64,000 nt of DNA, taken from Collinsella sp. (GTDB taxonomy: Bacteria; Actinomycetota; Coriobacteriia; Coriobacteriales; Coriobacteriaceae). Under the pieces are notes generated by a model, which was given only the letters and a program-made list of their open reading frames with translations, was not told the DNA's origin and searched no databases. A program made the translations under genes and the position numbers. The DNA lies in contig JAGZNZ010000002.1 in assembly GCA_018363345.1 (NCBI GenBank), forward strand, positions 13,529-77,528, written 5' to 3'. Below, in pieces: positions 18,919-26,423 of the stretch (the stretch's first letter is position 1; the number at the start of each line of letters is the position of its first letter).

Positions 18919-19832
18919 TAGCGCACCTCGCTAGAATCGACGCCGGGCACGCGGCGGCAGGAATACTCGTCCGTGGCGAACTTGGGGATCTGCACGCCCT
19001 CGAGCTCGCGGGCAAGCGCGGCAGAAAGCTCGATGCCGGCGGCACGGCGCACGGCCTGGATGGCGAGCGGGGCCGAGATGCGGCGGCGGTAGTCGGCCGA
19101 GCCCCACAGGTTGGTTCCGTAGCTCAGGGCACGCACGGATGCAGCAAGGGCGCGAAGCTCGTCCTCGGAAGGCTGCTCGTTGGTAAGGCCGCACGCCACG
19201 CCCTGCAGCTGGGTCGCGCGCAGCGGGCGGGCGCCCACGGTGACGTGCCAGGAGCCGTCCCACCAGGCGGCGGTGACGTTCAGCGAGGGGAAGTCGGTCG
19301 CGGCCTTGCGCACGGCCTCGTAACTCGCACGGTAATCGTGCTTGACGACCACGACGTGCTCGATCACGTCGCGCACGTAGCCCATGTCCACGAACTCGGC
19401 GAGCGGCACGCGACCGGCGCCCGTCAGCTCAACATAGGAATCGAGCGCGAGAAAAGCCGAAAGCACGTCCGAAAAACCAAAGCGGCCGTAGATGCTGCCG
19501 CCCACCGTGGCGGTATTGCGCAGCTGCACGCCCACGATATCGTGGACGGCGAACTCAAAGACGTGGTTGACAAGCGCGTTGAGCCCGGCATGGCGCTCGA
19601 GCTGGCGCAGGGTGCACATGGCACCGATGCGAAACTCGGTCTCGGTCTCCTCGATCTGATCGAGTCCGCAGGCCGAAAGGTCAATCGCCGTCGCCACACG
19701 ACGCGATCCCAGGCGCATCCAGATGCCGCCGCCCACAATCTTGTTGTTGCGGTTCTTCTGTAAGAGCTCATAGGCTTCGGCCGCGTTTCCAACACGGACG
19801 TAGGTACCGAACTTGAGCACGTTCTCCCCCAT
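18918..19832 (-). CDS. FAD-binding subunit (CoxM/XdhB-like) of the molybdenum hydroxylase.
   Basis: FAD-binding PCMH-type domain (GGGIWMRLG...ATVGGSIYG). Its stop overlaps the start of the Mo subunit by 1 nt. Confidence 0.8.
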   Translation of the reverse strand: MGENVLKFGTYVRVGNAAEAYELLQKNRNNKIVGGGIWMRLGSRRVATAIDLSACGLDQIEETETEFRIGAMCTLRQLERHAGLNALVNHVFEFAVHDIVGVQLRNTATVGGSIYGRFGFSDVLSAFLALDSYVELTGAGRVPLAEFVDMGYVRDVIEHVVVVKHDYRASYEAVRKAATDFPSLNVTAAWWDGSWHVTVGARPLRATQLQGVACGLTNEQPSEDELRALAASVRALSYGTNLWGSADYRRRISAPLAIQAVRRAAGIELSAALARELEGVQIPKFATDEYSCRRVPGVDSSEVR

Positions 19833-19927
19833 CTCTTCACTTGTCCAGTACCTTTAAGTGTACCAAACGAGGGGGCACAGCTCGTGTCGGGACAAAATGA
19901 ACCGTTTTCCTCCGTCGCATGCGGATC

Positions 19928-19958
19928 AAAAAAGCTCCCAGCCATGGTGACTGGGAGC
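19928..19958 (-). terminator. Intrinsic terminator of gdhA (stem GCTCCCAG/CTGGGAGC followed by a U6 run on the minus strand).
   Basis: Read directly; A6 run on the plus strand at 19928-19933. Confidence 0.6.
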
Positions 19959-19986
19959 CTTCTGCGATGCTATATCGAGCGAAGAT

Positions 19987-21342
19987 TTAGCAGACGCCCT
20001 GGGCGAGCATGGCATCGGCAACCTTCAGGAAGCCGGCAATGTTGGCGCCCATGACGAAGTTGCCCTCCTCGCCGTACTCCTTGGCGGTGTCGTCCACGTT
20101 GTGGAACATGCCGCGCATGAGCTGTTCGAGCTTGCCGTCGACCTCCTCGAAGGTCCAGGACAGGTGCTCGGCGTTCTGGCTCATCTCCAGGCCGGACACG
20201 AGCACGCCGCCGGCGTTGGCAGCCTTACCGGGCATAAAGGCGACGCCGTTCTCCTGGAAGTAGGTCGTGGCCTCGATGGTCGTGGGCATGTTCGCGCCCT
20301 CGCCGACCACCTTGCAGCCGTTGGCGACGAGCGCCTGGGCGTCCTCGAGCAGCAGCGTGTTCTCGCGAGCGCAGGGCAGCGCGATGTCGCAGGGAAGCTG
20401 CCACACGCCGCGGCCGTCTCCCTCGTGCCACACGGCATTGGGCTTCTCGTCAACATACATGGCGAGCGTAACGCCCTTGTCGTGGCCGGAGCGCTTCTTG
20501 TTGTAGACGTGCTCGAGCACGGTGTAGTCGATGCCGTCGGGATCCTCGACCCAACCGTGGGTGTCGGAGCAGGCCAGCACCTTGCCACCGAGCTGGGAGA
20601 CCTTCTGGACTGCGTAGATAGCGACGTTACCGGAGCCGTGAACGACGACGTTCTTGTCCTCGAAGGAGTCGCCGCGGCTCTTGAGGTACTCGTCCACAAA
20701 GTAGACCAAGCCGTAGCCGGTGGCCTCGGTACGGGCGAGCGAGCCGCCAAAGGAGAGGCCCTTGCCGGTAAGGACGCCGGTCCACTCGTTGGTCAGGCGC
20801 TTGTACTGACCGAACATGTAGGCAACCTCGCGGCCGCCAACGCCCAGGTCACCGGCGGGAACGTCGGTGTTGGGGCCAATGTGGCGATAGAGTTCGGTCA
20901 TGAAGGACTGGCAGAAGTGCATGATCTCGTTGTTGGACTTGCCCTTGGGGTCAAAGTCGGAGCCGCCCTTGCCGCCGCCCATGGGAAGGGTGGTCAGGCT
21001 GTTCTTGAGGATCTGCTCCAGGCCCAGGAATTTGAGCATGCCCAGGGTGACCGTCGGGTTAAAGCGCAGGCCGCCCTTGTAGGGTCCAATGGCAGAGTTG
21101 AACTCGACGCGGTAGCCGCGGTTGACCTGAACCTTGCCCTGGTCGTCGACCCAGGGAACACGGAACATGACGATGCGCTCGGGCTCGACGAGGCGCTCCA
21201 GTAGGGCGGCCTCCTCGTACTCGGGGTGGGCGTCGAGCGCCGGCTGGATGGTGCCGAGGATCTCGGTCGCGGCCTGGATGAACTCAGGCTGCTCGGGATA
21301 GCGGGCCTTGAGCTCGTCGAGAACTTTCTGCGTGTAGCTCAT
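19987..21342 (-). CDS. gdhA: NADP-specific glutamate dehydrogenase.
   Basis: GDH active-site Lys motif GGGKGGSDFDPKGKS and Rossmann motif GSGNVA; about 450 aa. Start at MSYTQKVLDELK. Confidence 0.9.
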   Translation of the reverse strand: MSYTQKVLDELKARYPEQPEFIQAATEILGTIQPALDAHPEYEEAALLERLVEPERIVMFRVPWVDDQGKVQVNRGYRVEFNSAIGPYKGGLRFNPTVTLGMLKFLGLEQILKNSLTTLPMGGGKGGSDFDPKGKSNNEIMHFCQSFMTELYRHIGPNTDVPAGDLGVGGREVAYMFGQYKRLTNEWTGVLTGKGLSFGGSLARTEATGYGLVYFVDEYLKSRGDSFEDKNVVVHGSGNVAIYAVQKVSQLGGKVLACSDTHGWVEDPDGIDYTVLEHVYNKKRSGHDKGVTLAMYVDEKPNAVWHEGDGRGVWQLPCDIALPCARENTLLLEDAQALVANGCKVVGEGANMPTTIEATTYFQENGVAFMPGKAANAGGVLVSGLEMSQNAEHLSWTFEEVDGKLEQLMRGMFHNVDDTAKEYGEEGNFVMGANIAGFLKVADAMLAQGVC

Positions 21343-21594
21343 GCTTCCTCCAATGATGGGAAACGAAAAATGTTGGTCGCGGCACCCCATGCGCCGCGAA
21401 CGTTATCGAGTATGGATAATATCGCACTGTTGCAGCAAAGTTTCGCATAAGCCGACGAGCGGATGTTTCGTTTTGATTACGATGCAGGTAGAAGCGTTTC
21501 TGAGCGCCCGACGTGCAAAACCCGTGTTTCAAACCTGTTTCGTCCACGTGTTCCAAACCACCACATTGGGGACAGCACCTTTGTGGTGTGGTAG

Positions 21595-21990
21595 TTAGAG
21601 GACGAGCTGATGGTAGTCGGCGGGGGTTATGCGGCCCTCGGTGGCAGCGCGAAAGGCGGCGAGCGCATCGCCCGAGAACGGCATGGCCCAGCACAGACCG
21701 CAGCCTGCGGTAATGGAGCCGGGCAAAGGCATAATGCGCCCGGGCACGCCGGCATCCAGGCACAGCTGCTCGCATTCCATCACATCGAACGTGCTGTCGA
21801 ACGATACGATGATCTTGCGTTCGTGGTCGAGGGCATCACCGGACGGGCCTTCGCGGTGTGCCTCACGATACGCCGCGGCGGTCGCTTCCTCTTCCGCGGT
21901 ATGCCCGCAGCCTCCGCAGCCGCAGGTACAGGGTTCGGACCCGTCGCAAGTGCAAGGTTCTCCCGTGTCGGGACAAATATCGTGAGACAT
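21595..21990 (-). CDS. DUF3343 (putative Se/S-carrier-like) protein with a Cys-rich N-terminal extension (CPDTGEPCTCDGSEPCTCGCGGCGH).
   Basis: The C-terminal 70 aa (IIVSFDSTFDVMECEQLCLDAGVPGRIMPLPGSITAGCGLCWAMP) resemble the DUF3343 fold and the paralogue at 48636..48887. ATG at 21990 has a GGGAG RBS. Confidence 0.65.
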   Translation of the reverse strand: MSHDICPDTGEPCTCDGSEPCTCGCGGCGHTAEEEATAAAYREAHREGPSGDALDHERKIIVSFDSTFDVMECEQLCLDAGVPGRIMPLPGSITAGCGLCWAMPFSGDALAAFRAATEGRITPADYHQLVL

Positions 21991-22005
21991 GGCAACTCCC
22001 ATCGT

Positions 22006-22638
22006 CTAGGCAAGCAGCTCGGCTGCCGCAAACTCTTCGGGTGTATTGACGTTTTCGAAGCAGAGCGTGGAGCCCGCGGCCTTAACGATCTGCGACTCAT
22101 CCATATAACCGGCCTGAACGCGATTGATCAGGCAGCGAATGCGCTGGCGGTCGCAGGCGAGCAGCTCTTGGGCAACCGGCGCGCACGCGTCACGGCGCCA
22201 GACGGCGCAAAGCGGCTCAATTCCCCGCTCCTCGCGCGGCACGCACACGTCAAGCGCCTCGGCCTCAACACGATCGGCAAGCGCGTCGATGAGTTCCGAC
22301 GAGACAAACGGCATGTCGCAGGCGACGATAGCCACGAGCGGCAATCGGGCCGCGGCCAACGAGCTCGCGATGCCGCGCATGGCGCCGGCGGGACCGTCGA
22401 CGTCCATGACTACGCGGGGGCGCAGGCCATCAAACATAAGCTTCTCAAGGTAGGCCAGCTCGCTGGGACGCGAAGTCGTCACGACCAACTCGCCGGCAAC
22501 TGGCGCCAGCCGACCCAGCACGCGCTCGATGAGCGGCTCGCCGCAAAACGCCATGCGCGCCTTATCGCAGCCCATGCGCGAGGACAGCCCGCCCGCCTGG
22601 ACGACACAAGAAAGATCGGCACGTCTTACGGTAGTCAT
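22006..22638 (-). CDS. Molybdenum cofactor nucleotidyltransferase (MobA/MocA family); MocA (cytidylyltransferase) is favoured by the XDH-family neighbour.
   Basis: N-terminal LSCVVQAGGLSSRMG nucleotide-binding motif and a mid-protein VACDMPFV motif. About 210 aa. Confidence 0.75.
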   Translation of the reverse strand: MTTVRRADLSCVVQAGGLSSRMGCDKARMAFCGEPLIERVLGRLAPVAGELVVTTSRPSELAYLEKLMFDGLRPRVVMDVDGPAGAMRGIASSLAAARLPLVAIVACDMPFVSSELIDALADRVEAEALDVCVPREERGIEPLCAVWRRDACAPVAQELLACDRQRIRCLINRVQAGYMDESQIVKAAGSTLCFENVNTPEEFAAAELLA

Positions 22639-22792
22639 ACGGCAAAACACCTCCATCGGCATGCTCGAAACCCGGTGCACGAAGCTAAATACAGCCGCCA
22701 AAATAGCGGCGCTACAAAAAGCTCGTGCAAAAACAAGACAGCGCCTTTGCGGCACGCAGCAAGACCGCGAGCACAAAAGCGCTGGTAGCGTA

Positions 22793-22889
22793 TGGCGGGA
22801 ACGTATGTGAATCGAACACATCCAAGACGTTTTGCACGCCTCGCAACGGTTTTGAGGACCGCGGAGCCCACCGGAGCCCATCCGTTCCC
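22793..22889 (-). tRNA. selC: Candidate tRNA-Sec (selC), 97 nt, anticodon UCA.
   Basis: Hand-folded from the minus strand: GGGAACGG acceptor (7 bp plus a G.A mismatch), 6-bp D-stem with a CGGT loop, 5-bp anticodon stem with loop CCUCAAA, a ~7-bp long variable arm, 5-bp T-stem with loop TTCGATT, discriminator G, CCA. Sits between selB and the mobA/mocA gene, the classic selAB-selC context. C33 in place of U33 is atypical. Confidence 0.65.
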
Positions 22890-22925
22890 AAGTGCGCCGG
22901 TATTTTACCAAACCGAGCAGCCAAC

Positions 22926-24893
22926 CTAGCGCAGGGAGCGCAGGCCGCCGGCTTCCTTGTCGAGCACCGTAAAGCGCACGGCATCCAGGTGCTCCAAGAT
23001 GCTGATGGCACGCTTGCGCGACACACCCAGGGCTTCGCGCAACACACTCGTGGTGGCAGCGCCACCGGCTGCCTCAATGGCGGCGGCAACGAGCTCGCGC
23101 GCATGGGCCTCGGCGGCAGCGGACAGGGCAACGTCGCGCTCGACCTTCACGATGGAACGGTTGAGCGAAAGCTCGCGCAGGGCACGCGTCATGGTGTCGC
23201 GATCGAGCTGCAACTGCTCGCCCACCTCGGGCAACGTCGGCGCATCGAGGCCAGCTTCGTCCAGCAAGGAAACGATGCGCTCGCAAGCCTCTCGCACCAC
23301 GCGTGCCGCCGCGGTGGCCGAATGCGGATCGAATACCTCGGCGCCCTCGGCGGCGCACACGCCGCGCGAGCAGCCCTCGTAAATCAGGGCCGCGGCAACG
23401 CCTTCATCAGCGGCAGGCCACGCAGCATGGGCAACGGCGCCGGGCGTAAAGCCTGTCTCCTTGGGAGCCGCCGCGTGCATGGCTGACAGGGTCGCCGCCA
23501 GTGCATCCATCGCAGCGTCGAGCACCACGGCGTCCGCCAAGAGGTCCGCATCACCCACGGCAAGCTTGCGAACGGAGCCCTGCGCCACCAACCCGCGCAG
23601 TGCGGCATCGACCTCGCCGACACCAAGATCCAAAGCCTCGGCAACATCAACCGGCGTAACCGGCAGCGTCTGCAGCGCCAGCCAAGCGCCCACACCGCCC
23701 GCGATATCGCCGGACTCGAGTGCCGCAAACAGCGCGCGCTCGCCGGCCGAAAGCTCGCGCGAGCGACGGCAGCGCGATAGCAGCACGCGCCCGCCGCCGA
23801 TGAGCATCACGGGCGAATAGGACAGCACCACGGCATGGTCGCCGGCGCGCAGCGGCAGCGAGTTTTCCAAGCGCACCTGAACAATACGGGTCTCGCCCAC
23901 CGCCATGGGGGCCTCGCCCTCCATGAACATGATGCGACCGACAACCTCGGCCGTACCCGCCATCACATGCACGCGCGCGCCCGACTCGAGCACGCGCGGC
24001 TTGGCACCCTCGCGGCCCAGGTAAGTGAACACCATCATAAAGCGCATCGTCTGGCCAAAGCGACCCTGCACGCCGAGCATCTCTCCGCGATCGAGCGCGG
24101 CGACGGCATCGCCCACCAAGTTGAGCGCCACACGCTGACCGGGCAATGCCCGCGGCGTATCGCCATGCACCTGAATCCCGCGCACGCGACAGACCGTACG
24201 CGACGGCAGCGCGACGAGCTCATCGCCCACCGCAACCGGCGCATCGTGCAGCGTTCCCGTCACCACGGTACCGGCGCCCTTGATCGTAAAGCAGCGGTCG
24301 ATGGGCAGCCGCGGCGCGGCATCGGTGGTCTCGGCACGGGCACGGCAGGCATCCCAGCAAGCGGCAACCTGCTCGTCGAGTGCAGCAAGCAGGTCATCGA
24401 TCCCCGCGCCGGTCTTGGACGACACGGGCACGATCGACGCGTCGGCAAACACGGTATCCGAAAGAAAATCGTCCACGTCGAGCTCGGCCAGCTCAATCAT
24501 TTCGTTATCGGCCAGGTCGCACATCGTCAGCGCGACCACCATATGCGTAACGCCCAGCAGCTCCAGCACACGCACGTGCTCGCGGGTCTGCGGCATCACG
24601 CCCTCGACGGCCGAAACCACCAGCACGGCCACGTCGATACCCGTGGCGCCCTGCACCATGGCACGCAAGTAATGCGCATGGCCCGGCACGTCGACCAGGC
24701 CAACGATCTTGCCACTCGGCAGCGCCAGCTCACCAAAGCCAAGCTCAACGGTCATGCCGCGACGACGTTCAACTTCCAGGCGGTCGGGGTTTTTACCCGT
24801 CAGCGCCTCGATGAGCGCCGACTTACCGTGGTCAACGTGGCCCGCCGTGCCAACGATAACGGGACACTCCACCAGCGCCTGAACCTCACTCAT
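22926..24893 (-). CDS. selB: Selenocysteine-specific elongation factor SelB.
   Basis: N-terminal GTPase motifs (GHVDHGKS, DVPGH, the NKxD-equivalent LTMCDL), followed by about 400 aa of winged-helix domains; 655 aa. Its start overlaps the selA stop (ATGA). Confidence 0.9.
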   Translation of the reverse strand: MSEVQALVECPVIVGTAGHVDHGKSALIEALTGKNPDRLEVERRRGMTVELGFGELALPSGKIVGLVDVPGHAHYLRAMVQGATGIDVAVLVVSAVEGVMPQTREHVRVLELLGVTHMVVALTMCDLADNEMIELAELDVDDFLSDTVFADASIVPVSSKTGAGIDDLLAALDEQVAACWDACRARAETTDAAPRLPIDRCFTIKGAGTVVTGTLHDAPVAVGDELVALPSRTVCRVRGIQVHGDTPRALPGQRVALNLVGDAVAALDRGEMLGVQGRFGQTMRFMMVFTYLGREGAKPRVLESGARVHVMAGTAEVVGRIMFMEGEAPMAVGETRIVQVRLENSLPLRAGDHAVVLSYSPVMLIGGGRVLLSRCRRSRELSAGERALFAALESGDIAGGVGAWLALQTLPVTPVDVAEALDLGVGEVDAALRGLVAQGSVRKLAVGDADLLADAVVLDAAMDALAATLSAMHAAAPKETGFTPGAVAHAAWPAADEGVAAALIYEGCSRGVCAAEGAEVFDPHSATAAARVVREACERIVSLLDEAGLDAPTLPEVGEQLQLDRDTMTRALRELSLNRSIVKVERDVALSAAAEAHARELVAAAIEAAGGAATTSVLREALGVSRKRAISILEHLDAVRFTVLDKEAGGLRSLR

Positions 24894-26347
24894 CGAACAA
24901 TCGCCTTCTCAACGCACGCGACGAGCGTCGATGCCGCCGTCTCGATATCGCGGTCGCCCACGAGCGTGCGCACATCAAACAGAATGCGGTCGTGCGAGGC
25001 GCGCGTGACGACCGGCGTATCGGAGTCTTGAACGAGCGAGCGTTTGAGCGCGTCGACCGTCAGGCGCTCGTCAACAAGACACACGGCAACGCACATCGTG
25101 GGCAGCTCCACGGTAGGCAGCGAGCCGCCACCGGGGGTCGACGATTCCTCGACAATCTCCAACTCAACGGCACAAGGGCAACCGGCCTTATCGAGCCCGG
25201 CGACCATACGATCGCGAAGCTTGCGGGCACGTCGCTCCAAATGGGCCTGCGGCAGCGTAAGCATGCTGAGTACCGGAATATCGCGATGGGCAACATCGGC
25301 GCCGTCCATGTAGATACGCAGCGTGGCCTCGAGCGCCGACAGAGCCAGCTTGCCAGGACGCAGGGCACGCATAAGCGGATGCGACCCGCAGGCCTGGACC
25401 AGCTCGCGGCGGCCCATGATAATGCCCGCCTGTGCGGCACCGAGCAGCTTATCGCCCGAGCATGATACGATATCGAGCCCCGCCGCGACCGAAGCCGGCG
25501 TGGGCTCCTCACCGCCGCGCACCAGGATGTCGTCGGGCAACAGCGCGCCCGAGCCCTGGTCCTCGTAGAACAGCAGACCATGCTTGTGGGCCAGGGCGGC
25601 AAGCTCCCGAGAGCCCACCTCCTCGTGAAAGCCCTCGATGCGATAGTTGGAAGGATGGACCTTGAGGATCATGGCCGTATCGGGCGTGATGGCGCGCTCG
25701 TAGTCCGACAGGTGCGTGCGGTTGGTGGCCCCGACCTCGACGAGTTTGGCGCCCGAAGCCGCCATGACATCGGGGATGCGGAAGCTGCCGCCGATCTCGA
25801 CAAGCTCGCCGCGACTGACGATGACCTCCCTGCCTGCGGCATGGGTCGCCAGCACCAGCAGCACAGCGGCGGCGTTGTTATTAACGACCAGCGCGTCCTC
25901 GGCACCGGTAAGCGAGCGGATCAGCTGCGCGGCATGTTCCTTGCGCGACCCACGCGAGCAGGTGTCCACACTGTACTCGAGCGTGCTGTACCCACGCGCG
26001 ACCTCGGCCACGGCCTTTGCCGCCGACTCCGCGAGCGGGGCGCGACCCAAGTTGGTATGGATGACCACACCCGTGGCGTTGACGGCAGGACGCAGGCTCG
26101 GCAGTGCGGATCGATGCGCACGCCACTCGATGGCCGAGGCCATGTCGCGCTTAGAGCGCGGGGCGGCACCGGCGCGAATGGCGGCGCGCTCCTCGTCGAG
26201 CTCGGCCGTCACGGCAACATGCACCACCGCGTCGCAGGTCTCCCCCGCCGCCTTCACAACCGGCCACTCTGCGAGCATCTCGTTGACGGAAGGAATAGCG
26301 CGAAGGCGGGCGCGTACCTCATCGGACATGTTCTGGCTATCGCTCAT
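24890..26347 (-). CDS. selA: L-seryl-tRNA(Sec) selenium transferase SelA.
   Basis: PLP-fold enzyme with the characteristic SelA N-terminal segment. 485 aa, coupled to selB. Confidence 0.9.
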   Translation of the reverse strand: MSDSQNMSDEVRARLRAIPSVNEMLAEWPVVKAAGETCDAVVHVAVTAELDEERAAIRAGAAPRSKRDMASAIEWRAHRSALPSLRPAVNATGVVIHTNLGRAPLAESAAKAVAEVARGYSTLEYSVDTCSRGSRKEHAAQLIRSLTGAEDALVVNNNAAAVLLVLATHAAGREVIVSRGELVEIGGSFRIPDVMAASGAKLVEVGATNRTHLSDYERAITPDTAMILKVHPSNYRIEGFHEEVGSRELAALAHKHGLLFYEDQGSGALLPDDILVRGGEEPTPASVAAGLDIVSCSGDKLLGAAQAGIIMGRRELVQACGSHPLMRALRPGKLALSALEATLRIYMDGADVAHRDIPVLSMLTLPQAHLERRARKLRDRMVAGLDKAGCPCAVELEIVEESSTPGGGSLPTVELPTMCVAVCLVDERLTVDALKRSLVQDSDTPVVTRASHDRILFDVRTLVGDRDIETAASTLVACVEKAIVR

Positions 26348-26423
26348 GTGCGGCCTTTCAAAACCAAAGGTGAATCAATCGTTCGGACATCAAACTATCA
26401 GCCAATTCGATCGGCTGAGTCAA

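Noticed and set aside
22006-22911. 301-aa MobA ORF including a 90-codon N-terminal extension
   Set aside because: The extension overlaps the tRNA-Sec candidate region and lacks an RBS. The conserved nucleotide-binding motif begins right after the Met at 22638.
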